Below are positions 34,801 to 47,562 of a stretch of DNA of 57,455 nucleotides, piece after piece. Location: assembly GCF_000315625.1 (NCBI RefSeq), contig NW_005434609.1:419503-476957 (forward strand), in the 5' to 3' direction. Position numbers and translations under genes: made by a program. How positions within the stretch are numbered: the stretch's first letter is position 1; the number at the start of each line of letters is the position of its first letter. This stretch comes from Guillardia theta CCMP2712 (Eukaryota; Protista; Cryptophyta). The notes beneath the pieces were generated by a model. That model saw only the letters and a program-made list of their open reading frames with translations. It was not told the DNA's origin and did not search any database.

Positions 34801-36536
34801 CTCTCGCTTACATTCAACATTTTGTACGATGTCTGTCTCCTTTCCTTTCATCTCCTCCACTTCCTCCCCTGTGCTCACCTCAAGTTTATCTCAGACAATC
34901 GCTCTCGATCCCCAGCATGTCCGAGCTCTGGTGCAGATAGCTGAGATGCAAACGAAGGAAAGGTAGAGCCTCTCCATTTCCAGCTCCCTCCCTAGTCCGT
35001 GTTTGCCTTGGATTCCCTGAGTAACTTCCTTTAGACTACTTCACGTCGTTTTCGCTGCCCCCCTCCTACTCCCTTCGATCCGCCTGTTCACTCTCCTCGC
35101 AGTCCCCGCGAAGCTGCTGATCTTCTTCGTCGGGCTGTTGCGAGCGACAGCAGCGTCTCCTCCAGCTGGAAGCTTCTCGGGCATTCGCTGAGAGAAATGG
35201 GAGACGAGGAGGGAGGACGTGAATGTTTTCAGCGGTACATGGAGCTTGAGAGGTCTACGCAAACCATTCTGCTCCCTGCTGTCTCTTCTTACATTCGCTC
35301 TCAGGATTTCTGTTCCTGTCTCCTTCCTGCAATTTCCCGTGCAATTCGGCAGCTGAAGAGGAGGGAGTAAAACACATTAAGTTTATTCACTCAGAGGATA
35401 TTTTACACCCAAGGCTTACTTATCTCACACCCTCGCGCCCTCTCAGGACGGAGTCATCAACATTGGCTGCGGACTTGCGTTGAAGAACGTGAGAGGCGAA
35501 CTGAGAGGAAAGCGTCACGAGGATTGCAAGCAGATGTACTGGAGGCGGAAGCGAACAAAAGGAGAGAAGAGGAGGAGGAGGGAGCTAGAGGCATGAGCAG
35601 GAGGAGGAACGAGGAAAGGAGGAAGAGGAGAGGAGAGGAGAGGAGAGGAGAGAAGGATAGAAGAGGGGGAGGGAGGGGGAAGAGGAGGAGATGTCAGCAG
35701 ACAGGGACCAGCGAAGAAACCTGCAGGATGATGCTCGCTTGGCATCCTTGGCGGCTGACCGGATCATTCTTTTTGTCGATCGCCTTCCCTTCAGCTGTCC
35801 CTGCATTCAACGTAACATTAGCTGCCGACGGATGGAAGGCAGGGGGAAGAAGGACGAGGACGAGGACGAGGACGAGGACGGGGATAAGATGTCTGTGTGT
35901 TGGGGGGGGAGAGAGCGGGCGGACGGGGGCGGGGGGGGGGGGGGGAGGGGGGAATGTCCGGGACTGAGTCACCTCAAGAATGCTTGAGACGGGAGGAGAA
36001 AGGGCCTCCCTGCATCCCTCCCTCCAGTTGGAGATTAGTGAGCTCTGCAGCAGAGGGTGAGCTGAGAGGATAGATGGGGTAAGTCTCTCACGCTCTCAGG
36101 GGTCGAGAGCAGCTTGCTCTTAGCGTTGAAACTTGAGTTGTGAGCCGTGCGGGGGGAAGTGGTGTCAAGATCGTCCAGGAAAGTCCTGCTCCTCGTCACT
36201 GACTTGCTCTTTCACCATCTGCCTCACCTGTAACCATACTGCTCGTCCTCGCCTTCTCGAAGCGCCATCTCGTCCCTCATCCCTCCTCCGAATGACATGT
36301 TTGACGCCTTGTCAACAAATAAGAACAAGAATGTCGTCCTGGTCCCTCTCTACCTGACTCCCGCTCAGGTCCAGCGATATTTCTCCAATGTCCTTCTTCC
36401 ACGCGTCGTCGCTGACGTCACAGATGCCAAGCTCGTCGCTCTCAAGCTTGAAGTGAGTGTCTTCGAACTCCGAGGCCGTGACCTGCACCAAGTCAGCCTC
36501 TCCTCTCGCCCTCTGTATATAACTGCATTAACCTGA
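31848..36536 (+). CDS. TPR-repeat protein (TTC7/NPG1-like); the 3' part may be a separate gene
   Basis: 357-aa first exon, then TPR-like pieces LLEEAQGLEPMD, LWVACAETYVL...AKRLSP and TIALDPQHVRALVQIA. Confidence 0.55.
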
Positions 36537-36779
36537 TCGAAAGAGTTTAAGTCCGATCGCGGAGCGTCAAAGGAGTCGCACAACTCGGGCACTGGATCGC
36601 AGAGTCAGGTGGGGCGAGAAGTGGAGGGAGGAGGGAGAGGGGGTGAGGGAGGAGGAGGACGGGGGAAAGTAAACCTGCAGCATGCGTGTCTGATAGCATC
36701 CTCTCCATCTCAGTTACCAGCGCTCCTCCTAGCTCGCATGATTCGAGTCCTGCAGACAAATGTGTGAAGGTCGGCTAAA

Positions 36780-38750
36780 TGATTGATGTGATTGAGAGTT
36801 TGATGACGATGACGATGATAACTAAGGATGAAGATGTAGAAGACGGAGAAGGACCTTCGTCGTCGAAAATCTTCAAATTGATGCGTTTGGTCTCATCAGG
36901 AGCTGATAGAATATCACCACGTCAACAGAAACTTTCTCATTTCTACCAGGTTTTAGCGGGTCTGCCTCGGTCTTGACAGTCTTGGTCGCAGGAGCTTTCT
37001 TTGCTGGCAAGGCGAGTGAGTTCAGACACGTTGGTAGTCAAATGACTCACCAGCTGCCTTCTTGTTTTGTTTTCCTGACTTGTCGGATGACGGCGGCAAC
37101 ATGTGAGAGCTGTTGCTGTCATGTATGCCGTCAGTGATACCCTGCTGCTGCTGCTGCTGCTGCTGCTGCGCTTGTCAGAGGCATTGGGGGTACGAAAAAT
37201 TCAAGAACCAGGAATGCCGTGTTGGTAATATCAAGGATGGGAGCCATTTGACTCGACTGCCCGCTCTTCTTTGATACCTCCGGTTTCTTGCAGAAAAGTC
37301 AAAACCCTCTAAGAGTCCACCTCTCTCTTCTCACCTTCGTCGAGCTGTTCTCAGCGGTTGACTGGCTTGTTTTGGGGTTAGGAACAGTTGTGATTTTCTT
37401 GCTCAGCTGAAAGTTGATGTTCTTGTCCATCTCAACGATAGAGAAGGCAGACTGCATTCCGCCATGACTGAAGCTGTAACTTCCATACATGCTGCTTTCC
37501 CCCTTCTGCGCAGCCGTTGATGTGGCAGCGCTGCTTGTTTTTCTCTTCTTCTTTGGTCCTGGGCCGGATTTCGCAGCAGAAGACATGGAGGAGTTGCAGA
37601 GAGAGAGAGCAGGCGATGGGGCAGGGGCAGGGGCAGAGGCGTGTGGATGAGCATGATGGGCATGAGGAGGGATCCAGTAAGGATGAGGGGGATGAGTAGG
37701 AATGTTTGCTGTCCTTGCTCCCCAGCCGTTGGGAGGATTTCGATGATGCATGTGCGTCTGTTGGAGCATAGTGTTGGCTCCGCTCATGCTGAAACTTTTC
37801 TCCATCATGTCGCTGTGAACACTGAGTGAGGTTGTTGTGGAACCAAAGCTGTACGCTCACCGATCTCGTTTCTTCTTTGAGCATCTGACGGGAGTGCCAT
37901 CGGGGTTCAGCTTTCCCCTGCTTTTCATCAACACTTTGAGCAGGTGATCAAGAAGAAGCTTACATGGCGATGTTCTTTTCTTTTCGCATCTTCCTTCTGA
38001 TCGTTGAGTTCCAACGGTTCTTGATCGCGTTGTCAGTTCTTCCCGGAACCTGAAGTCACATCTCAGATGTCACACCATGACATCGCTCTGATCACACCAA
38101 TTTGGCAATTTCTGCCCACTTATTTCCGTGGATCTTTTGAGCCTCCATGATCAGCATGTCCTCCTCCTCGGTCCATGGACCTTTCATGATGTTTGGATCG
38201 AGCTGGTTATGCCACCGCTCTCTGATCTGCTTGCCCGTTCTGTTTGGAAGGAACGAGGCGACGAGGACCCAGGACTTGTCTCCATGCTTATCTACCAGTT
38301 TCCTGACCTCCTCGTCCTCCTAATCTCATTCTCAGCAACAATCAAACGATGACAGTCAAACTTTCACCTCAGGAGTCCAAGGGGCCTTCTGTCCATTCTT
38401 CTGATTCATTTTCTTCTCATTGTCCAACCTCCGCAGCTCCTCCTCCTTCCTCTGCATTTCTTTTGCACTCATTCGCATTGCTTCAGCGGCTGACATTGAA
38501 GGGAACGAGAGATAAGTGCTTGCGGGAATCCCGACGGACCGGTTCATCTGCCTGGAACAAAGCATTTCTGCTCCTTCAGATCTTCCAACCGACGTAAGGC
38601 ATGAAAACCTGCCAAGAAGGCAAACAGATCAGAATGATCGTATAACAGATGATTCATGCAAATGATCTACCATCACAGAGCTCAAATATCAGATTCTCCG
38701 CTCACGTCTGTACAAATGTTATCAGTATCCGCTCATACGGTAATAGACAG
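36780..38750 (-). CDS. R2R3-type Myb transcription factor; multi-exon
   Basis: WTPE-EDEEVRKLVDKHGDKSW...RTGKQIRERWHNQLDPNIMKGPWTEEED...[30 protein letters not shown] (about 38000-38400). Ends approximate. Confidence 0.9.
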
Positions 38751-39913
38751 GCAAAACATGAACAACAATCATCTTCTTGGTCGGATATTCACGCAGAAGG
38801 ATGACAAAGGATCTAGAAACATTGCAGAAGTCTTGAGGATCATATTCGCTAACGGCTTTCGCAATAACAAGTTGTACGAATCAATGCTGTATGTTTACGA
38901 AAAATTGTTCCGAGCGAGCAACAACACAAGAGACCAGGGGAGGAAGAGAGGATCGTCCTATCAAAAGTGAGGCTCAGATCATGCGAAGTCGATGTATAAC
39001 GTTGGGGACATGAGATTGAACTTGTATGCGCAAGAGGGGCAGAATGCAGGATGCAGGAGGGCAGGTCGGTCAGTGCAGTCGGTTCTGGGGAGAACCTTTC
39101 TAATCCGTTTTCCGCGAAGAGAATAGGCATGCTCGGATTTTCTAGAATATTTAAATCTACTTGACTATTGTTCAAATATTTATTTACATTTGTTTATAAT
39201 TTTTAAATGTTTTGTGGAAATAAACTTTTCCTAAAGACCCTAGTGAAAAAGCAAACACCCTCTTTAACGGCACAAACCTACTGGGGCCGACAATTTTTAC
39301 TTAACGACACTATGGCGAACATCCGGGTGCAAGTCAAGTTCCGAAGTTCCGGGGGTGGCGGGCCCGCCGAGTTGCCGCAGTGCCGGGAGCCGGGGCCCGG
39401 GAAGCGGCGGTCACGTTGGCGGTGGGCCCTGAGTTACGGTCCCCGGCACCGTACGCCGTGACGGCAAAACTTTCAGCAACGGTGTAAAAATCAGTGACAC
39501 TGTGGACGGTGAAGGCCCGGCGTGGCAGCTGAGCCTGAGTGTGCGGTCACCGGGCGCGGCCGCCAGGCCACGCCGGGCCGCCGCGGCAGCCTGTACTGTG
39601 AGTGACTCTGTGATCTTCTTTACTCAAAGTTAAGTTAAAAATCAGTACGAGGACAATCAGGAGACTTTACTCAAAGTTAAGTTAAAAAGCCGGGGATAGT
39701 GACTCGTGTGAGTAAAGAACACCACTCAGCCGAGTGGCATGCCACGGTGAGTTGTCGGGCAAAAAATTGAATTATTGGACTTTTGTCCAGCTAAAAACCT
39801 TTCCAGGAAGAGATCGGTGATGAGTAAAGGTTAGTACGGTCGAGCCAAGAAATGGACCTAGGCTGTATAATGGTCATACAAGTTGACTAAAGTTGTTGCC
39901 CTCTCACTTCGAC

Positions 39914-41243
39914 ATGCAAGTTCTGTACTTTAGTACTGATGTTCTATTTTCGGTGTTGACTAAACTTCTCTTGGTACAGAGGTTCAATTTCATGACCAAA
40001 AACTCCGCCTCATCCGGAGTTCGCAATGTAGGAAACTTGTGGCGGTGATTGGCGGGATTATGGTTGTTGCGCTTGACTTGGCGGTGTTAACGTTAGGCTG
40101 CAGGTTTGAGCTCATTCACCACTTCACTCAGCTCCATGTCGACTTCGGAGCTACTCAAATCGGCATTACCAATGGCAACACCAATGTAAGTTGAGTATCT
40201 TGACTCCTCTTGATCGTTGTGATTTTGTGTCGTCTTAGAATGGCCTTGACCATGCCGGAACCAGTTCCACCGACGAGGTTGGGACCATCGGGTATGCGTC
40301 TGGTTGTATTATCCGTGCATTTCTTAGTTTCGGAATCATTGACGAATAATGACTGACCTCTGCGTGTACTAGTGTTGGAAATGTCTCAGGAGGTGGAGAG
40401 CTTACCAATCACCTTCACAATGGAGGCACCAGTGTCGGCGGCTTCATCCATGACTTCGGTCACAACCACATCGACAACGTGACAGGCAGTGACGTGAATG
40501 GATCCGACGGCATCTTCGGTTAACAGAATCGGATGTCAAGATCATGACATAACGCTGCCCCGCTCAGGCAATGGAGATGACATCAACCAAGGCAACTGGT
40601 TCGAGCATTCCCAGTACCTCAGGACCGACCAGGTTCATGTTTTCGTTCATCTGCACTTGTGTTTGATGATATTCCCTTCAGATTCCATCTGACGACTTCG
40701 TCGTTGGAGGACGCGTATGTTCACGAATGTTTAGCTTTGCTGCTTGTTGACTCATGAATCAGGGCATGTATGGTGACTACGCCATCCACGCCTTGTGGAC
40801 GGACACCACCAACATGGACAACCTTCGTGCTGGAGCATTCGGAGGCCAAATTGAGAGTGAGGATGGCAGATTCAGTCGAAGGCGAAATTAACAGCTTCGT
40901 TGCAGCCATGCCCCTCTCCAAGCATATCAACTCGTCGTATGCCAACAACGACACCGACAACAACAAGTACTGGGGCGGCGCCTCTGGTTCCGGCTGCAAC
41001 CCCAACGGCTCTGGCATCAGCGGCTGCACTGCCGGCTCTGCTTCTGGCTACGACAACGGATGGCAGAGGTGCGCGGGACGAGTGCCGGGCATGTCGAACT
41101 GATCGTTCACAGGGATCCCCTCACCGGCGGTTACATCACCTACGGCATGCACAGCACTGGCCCCATCAGTGCCGTTGGAGGAGCTTTGAAGTGGCCCCGC
41201 TGGCCCGACGCTCCCAACACTGACTCCTCCAAGTACTACTAGA
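39914..41243 (+). CDS. Gly/Asn/Asp/Ser-rich type II membrane or secreted protein; multi-exon
   Basis: Spliced reading RKLVAVIGGIMVVA (TM), then DFGATQIGITNG, GNGDDINQGNWFEH, NDTDNNKYWGGASGSGCNPNG and KWPRWPDAPNTDSSKYY*. Confidence 0.6.
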
Positions 41244-41389
41244 TGTGAGAGTGGAGCCTCAGCTATGCCATCTGTTGGCCCCAAGACAGATTAACTAAGG
41301 GAAGAGTCGATCGAACTCAGTGCTGAGATTACAAACCGTGATTATCCTGGTTAGCGATTCAATTATTCAACACATTGTTGTCTGGGAAG

Positions 41390-43435
41390 CTAATCGTCAT
41401 TGCTATCTGTTGTTTTCCTTCGAAAATTTCGCTGTCAAAGATTTCAAATACTTGATGTGGCCATGAAGCAAGTTAACCTTATTGGAGTTGGATTTGCCTT
41501 CGCGTCCCCTGGTGGCAACCGTCAAAGTTGAAATTTTCTTTGTTGATGCAGACCTTTTGAACTGAACGACACCGGGTTTGGCTATTTCTTCTGTGATGTC
41601 TCCCTGCTTGCATCGTTACATGCGCGAGCTCTTGTTGAAATTTGTAATCACTGTCTCTTCCTCCTCTACTTTGAAGATCCCTTCAGCCTCGTCATCTCTG
41701 ATTCCACTGAACACCTGCATGGGTGTCAAAGCGTTTCAAGCGGCTCACAAGTCGCACGTTGTGCTCCTCGTCGCTGTCGTGGTCAACTTTCTGCTCGTAA
41801 TATTTCTTCTGCTGACTTTCCATCAGCTTGACCTGCGCACGCCTTGTCACGAATCCTGGCAGAACAAGACCAGACACCTTGAGGTCATTTTGAATCCGTT
41901 CCTCCTCCACATTGATAATACGAACTGTTTCCCACTTGCCATAGCCAACCTCCAGCTGTGGCACTCGGATGGGCTCTTGTTCTTAACTTGTGTCATCATC
42001 AGTCAGAGCTGCAAGTTGCGCACCTTCAGTCGATGTTGTTACTTCTGCTTCTTTGCGTTTGCTCTCCATTTTCAATAGTTTCTTTTCATTCATTTCCTGT
42101 CGAACAAAGCAATTCAGCTCGAGACAATTGTATCGACATCATCAGACTCCGACCTGACCGTTGAACAGCATCTCAAGCTCGTAGGAGTCGAAATCCTGAC
42201 AGATTCATTTAGTTTGTTTCAAGACAGAGATTTCTCTTTTTTTTCACAATCGTCTTCTCCCACGACGAGATTTTGAAAGTCCCGCAAGCAGTGGTCTATC
42301 ACATTCATGTCAGTCAAGGAGGGCCTTGAGTCTTGATTCATTGTTCTAGATCACCAACCTTGCGCACCAGCGCACCAAGACCAGACGAGAAGTACCCTTC
42401 GTTCGCCCAGGAGACCATCTGACAAATTGCTAAAAAGAAGGGAAAGCACAACGACAGCAATCATGCAAAGAGGCTAAACCCACCTGACTGGAGGGGAAAG
42501 GACCAAATACCTTTTCATGCTTGTTCTCTGCTTTGCTTCCGGGCTTCCTTATCTTTGACAATTCCTCGATTTCTTTGTCGGCATCTTGTTCTACCGGCTT
42601 GTATTCCCACCATCTGAAGAAGCGAGCATGAGACGTCGGGTTCTGGACTGGGGCACCCTTACATCTCTCGTTTCTTGGTTCGTGTACGACCATGAGTGCT
42701 GCTGCCTTCCGTTCCTTGCTCATCTTGTGCTTCTTCATCGATCTCCAAGACAATTCCTTGTAGACAAGATCAAATGAATCATTCACGTAAGGCAAGTTTA
42801 CCCTCTTTTGCGAGTTCGTCTGCCAATGCCTTATCTTCTGTGGTCGTCTTCTGCAGCGGAGTAGGTACAAAGACTGATTCATTTGGATGTCGATCAGTTG
42901 GTTTCGGTGGTGGAGGTGGCGGAGCCTGGGCTCTCAAATTTGCGTCTGCTGGAAAGAAGGCTGAGGAAACATTCATTCTGCCTGCCGCGTTCACTGGAGC
43001 AACATGCACTTGTGGATGAAACTTAGCTGAAGGAAACAACTCAGACCTCACACAAGACTGCAAACAAAGACGACAGACCTGTACCGATCCCTACATCTGT
43101 GAGAAACTGCTCTCGTGCTTTCCTCTCAATTTCTCTGTGCAAAAAGATCAGCAAGACTACTCTAATGCTACACGCTTAGTCCACCTCATCTCCTTCTCCA
43201 TCTGTGCCTTCTCGATCTCCTCATGTCGCTTCTTTTCGCGGTTGTTTCGGACAAATCTCGCAACAGCTTCTTTGTGTCGGTCGCCTATTAAAATGTTAAG
43301 TTTGATGTCCACTCATTAGCCATTGCACATGCTCCTACCACTCTCATGCTTTGTGATAGCCATCTTGCTGTCATTCATCCAGCATTTGCAGTATTTGCAC
43401 CAATGCTTCGCTTTCGAGACCCAGAACTCCGTCAT
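41390..43435 (-). CDS. U1-type (matrin) zinc-finger protein, WBP4/FBP21-like
   Basis: MTEFWVSKAKHWCKYCKCWMND...KHE..G.RHKEAV followed by a coiled coil. A later KVFGPFPSSQ...W..EGYF segment looks GYF-like. Confidence 0.8.
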
Positions 43436-44049
43436 CTTGGCAACGTTTTACAGTTTCTGAGACAGTTCAAATGTGAGTCTTGACATAAAGGCGGTAACAA
43501 CCATATGACGACCCTGTACCATCCAAGGTTCTCCACCTTGTTCCCTCACACCATTCACGCCATTACCCTCTGCCCCCTCTCCTTCCATCACAGCCTTCGC
43601 CCTCTCCCCCCTGCTCTGCCCCCCTCCCTCCCCTCGCCCTCCCAGAGATTTTACAAGACTTTTAATTGAAATTCCTCTCCCCATCGCCCCTTGCTCTTCC
43701 TTGCTGCCTATCGCACGCACTCGTCCTCCTCTCCTCGTCCCCCTCCCCCCTCTCTGCATCTTCGAAAGGCGTGCACCCTCCGTCCCGCCCATCGATGACG
43801 AGGGGGCGATGTCCTGCTTTCTGATCTTGCAATGTATCAAGAGGTGAGATTCAGGAGGATACAGGATAAGAAGTTTAGGATGAGCATATTAAGAATAAAA
43901 CGAAGAGCAAGCGTTGGGAAGGAGCAAGAAGAACAACGGTTTCCATCACTCTGTGGTAACAACTTTTATGAAACGAAGGTAACATCATGAATTCATCTCA
44001 AGCTGAAAGAAAAGCGTCATGTTCATAAGACAAGGACGACGTGACTTAC

Positions 44050-45212
44050 ATGACTCAGCAAGCCATCAATGTCATGTAGCATCTGTTGTATCCGCTGCTC
44101 CTTCTCTTGTTGGGTGGCGTTCTCCGGTATCGTGAAGGAAGGGACAGCAAGGGCCTTGTGGGGCAATGAAATCAATCAACGGCAAGTGCTCCCCCTAGAT
44201 CCCTACCTCAGTGTTGCCAAGCACAGGCTGTGAATTACTATCACACGGCTTCAGTTCACTCTGCGGTGCTGGAAAGCTAGACGGTCCCCTTCTCTGCATG
44301 TCGCGTCACTATTATGGCATCGTGACGGTAAGCCAAGTACATAAACTTTCGCTTTCACGACTCCCCCAACAATTCCCATCTCCTCTTCAAACTGCTTCAA
44401 CTCTTCTGGTGAAACCTGCTGAAGTATCAGACATCAACATGCTGCTTACACAACATTGGTCACCTCGAGCTGTTGCTGCAGCAGTCTCGCGTCTTGTGTC
44501 TTGGCTGTTAAACTTTGCTCTGAAGCTGGCTGAATAGTCTGATCATGTTGGCGTGAAGTAATGGTCTTTTTGCTAATAACCGCTTCTGTGCTAGAGTTGT
44601 TGGCAAGAATTTCCGCCTGTTCTTTGTCTAGAACTTCAACCATTTCATCCAACAACTTCGCTATCTCATTTAGATCTGTTCAAATCGTAAGGTTTCCCAC
44701 AGAACAAGGAATTGCTCCGAGACAAGGCAAATAGAAGAACAGAACATACGAGGAAATCACTCAAAAAGCTTAGCAACCACTGAAAATATGATGATATTGA
44801 GCTAGAGAGATGTAATATCTCCCCACGAGACACTTCAGCGCTTCTTTGACTTGATCGTCTTTGCTTTCCAACAAGCACTTGTTCCAAGGGGTTCAATATC
44901 ATCATATTCAAAGTCCATTTTCGTTCTCTTACGGCGTTGCGGAACAAGAATTCTCTCTGGATACTTGCCTTCATTCACGTGGGCTGCTGTCTTGCCATTG
45001 CTTGTGCTAACATTTGTTTTGGGCTTTGATAGATCTGCAGTGTCGATTGTCACACGCTTTCCTTGCGCTGTTTTTTGTGCTCTAATCGGGGACGGAGGGT
45101 CAGGTGAAACCCCGTCTAATGGCATGTTCGAGGCCTTTTGATCTGCCAATTGCACTGATCGCGTGATTTCGTCTGCTTCTGCCTTTTCTCTTGAGGTCAG
45201 ACCATCGAAAGA

Positions 45213-45256
<44 letters not shown>

Positions 45257-46356
45257 CCTCGTTGCCTTCGTCAATCTCGCCGTGGTTGCTTTCATCGAAC
45301 ATTTTTGACTGCATCATGCTTTCAAGTCTCCTTTGAGTCTGCCGAATCTCCTCCAGCATCTCTACCGTACCTTCGTGCACTTCAGGAGTTGTTTGTTCGC
45401 AACTTTTAGATGCCATTGCCGGCGTAAAATTCATTGGTTTCCCAGCCTCTGCAGATTCGTTTTGGTTTTCCTTGTAAAAGCGATCTAGGAATCCCTTTTG
45501 GAACATGTCGTTCAAGTGATCTCCACCATATTCCTGCGAGGGTTGAGGTGCAGCCGCTGGCTTGTTCATTTGCACGAGTGTAGAGTTGTGAATAGAGAAG
45601 CCCAAGTCTTCTAGGTGAACACCAACGGTTTCCGAATCCGTGTCATCAGCCAACGCAGGGCCTTCGGCTCGCACAGGGTCTAAACCATCATTAGGAGACA
45701 TCCTCTGCGATGACTTTGCACTCGAGCCCTCTGTCACTTCCATATGCTTGTCTGTACATTTCTCCTGTACCTGTTCACCGGTGTCCTCTGCTTTGGATTG
45801 CTTCAAAAACCATCTTGACAGCCAGAGAGCTGCATTGTCCGGTTTGTACCTTATGATATCCTGCACCTGCATCATATCAAAGGCTCAGTCTCAGTCCCTT
45901 GGAACCTTAAATACATACCGCATGTCGGAACAAAGGAAGCACGTTTGAACGAAGATAAGGTAAGGATTCTACAAACTGCTGGGGGATTTCATTATCTAGA
46001 TCTTCCTTTCCGTTGGGATTTTGCAGGGAAGATATGATGTCTGACATTTCCATGGTCCGATTGAGAAGCATTTGCAGGGCTACATCCTCTCCTGCAATTT
46101 TCTTCTCGTACTCTCCATGTCCCCCGCGCAGGCATAGCGCTTGGGCGCATCCCCTCGTACTTGGACTTGGCTGAGACAAGCTTAGCATGATCAGAGGAGA
46201 TGAACGTGTGGGAGGAGAAGAGAAGAGCGTCTGATCTGTGGGAGGAGAAGAGAAGAGCGTCTGATCTGTGGGAGGAGAAGAGAAGAGCGTCTGATCTGCT
46301 CGTTCCAAGCGAAGGAGGAGCGACATCACCCCTAGAATGCGACCCATAGACAGCAT
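44050..46356 (-). CDS. Protein with Dpy-30/RIIa-like dimerisation motif; signal peptide and LRGG presequence
   Basis: LPYLRSNVLPLFRHA-VQDIIRYKPDNAALWLSRWF. N-terminus MGRILGVMSLLL...ALCLRGG. The 3' end is approximate. Confidence 0.55.
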
Positions 46357-46470
46357 GCTTCCACGAGGCCTCGTGGGAAGACCTGACAAGCCCCCCTCAG
46401 AGGGCCGGTTTCAGCCGGGGCCCGGGCCCCCGGGCAGCAAGCCTGACAGTGAGGCACTGCGGCCGCGTTG

Positions 46471-46965
46471 AAGAAGGGGCAGCGCGTTCTCGCCAGGTAA
46501 GGAGCTTTACTCAAAGTTAAGTTAAAATCAGTACGAGGACAATCAGGAGAGTCGAGGAGAGAACCGGGTAGGAGGCAACCGAAGGCCAAGGTGAGGAGAG
46601 GCAACTCTTCTGACTGAGTACTCGCGCGCCTCTTAAGAGCACTAGGATTGCTTGGTTAGGAGCGCCGGTTTCACGCAGCGCCGGTTATTTCACGAAGCTG
46701 CAAGCAAAGGTTTGGTATAATGATGAAAACGAAGCGTTTTCCTAACAGCAGGACAGCTCAGGCTTGCAAGCCTTGAAGGCTGTAGAGGCCGGGATGCACC
46801 CCGACGCTATCGCAGAAGCCATCCGCTCGACATGTCAGCAGGCGCGACGGGAGCGCATTGTCTGGATGGAGCGATGCATCCAGAGATTGGTTTATGCAGC
46901 AGATGGAGGAAGCTAAGAAGATGAATCGCCTCGGTGTATGTCAACTTCGAAGAGATCGGACTGAT
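46471..46965 (+). repeat. Deletion-riddled mosaic copy of the 50.0-52.6 kb module
   Basis: Blocks match 51931-51954, about 52228-52279, 52598-52611 and, in colinear pieces, 50016-50514. Confidence 0.85.
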
Positions 46966-47562
46966 CCGACTCAGCATATTGGGATTAGGGGCGCTGCAGC
47001 GGAATATGAAAATCCAGGATTGTTGATTAGCGCTTTTCATGACCGGTACTTTTGACTGCACTTATACGGGTACTTGCCCTCGCACAGAAGCACCCTTTTA
47101 CCCCCATTATCATTGAGTAATAGGGGGTGGGGTATTTGAATTGGCATGGGCGGAAACCTTCAAGACCACCCCACTCCCCTCGACACTTTTAACAGACGAC
47201 ATGTTTTAAGGCTGCGAAAACGTTTTAGAAAGATACGAATAATCATAAAATAAATATAAATTGGAAACACAGTAGAAAAGACTTAGAAATACAATACAAA
47301 TGTTCGAATTTTTTTGGTACCTGATTCAATTTCAATGTGTACTGTGTTTCTGGGTTTGGTACAAGAATGAAGCCACCGGGTCCTTTTCTGCTAGTGCTTT
47401 CACAAAACGGGGGTAGGGTAGTCCCCCCTGTCCCCCACCCATCCCTATTTCAGGGATTTGAATTTTTCCCAGAGGCAAGTTGCCACGGCACAAGTTGAGA
47501 CACATGCCAGTGTGATCTTGAAATTTGGCTTAAGATTTTGAACATTGAAACGTTGATTAATC

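Noticed and set aside
39497-39503. CACTGTG (RSS heptamer complement) as a transposon end
   Set aside because: Isolated 7-mer 8 kb from the transposase with host genes in between; it also occurs near 28882 and is expected by chance.
39914-41243. Gly-rich gene as a RAG2-like kelch partner
   Set aside because: It has an N-terminal TM segment, no regular kelch repeats or PHD, and is not convergent with the transposase.
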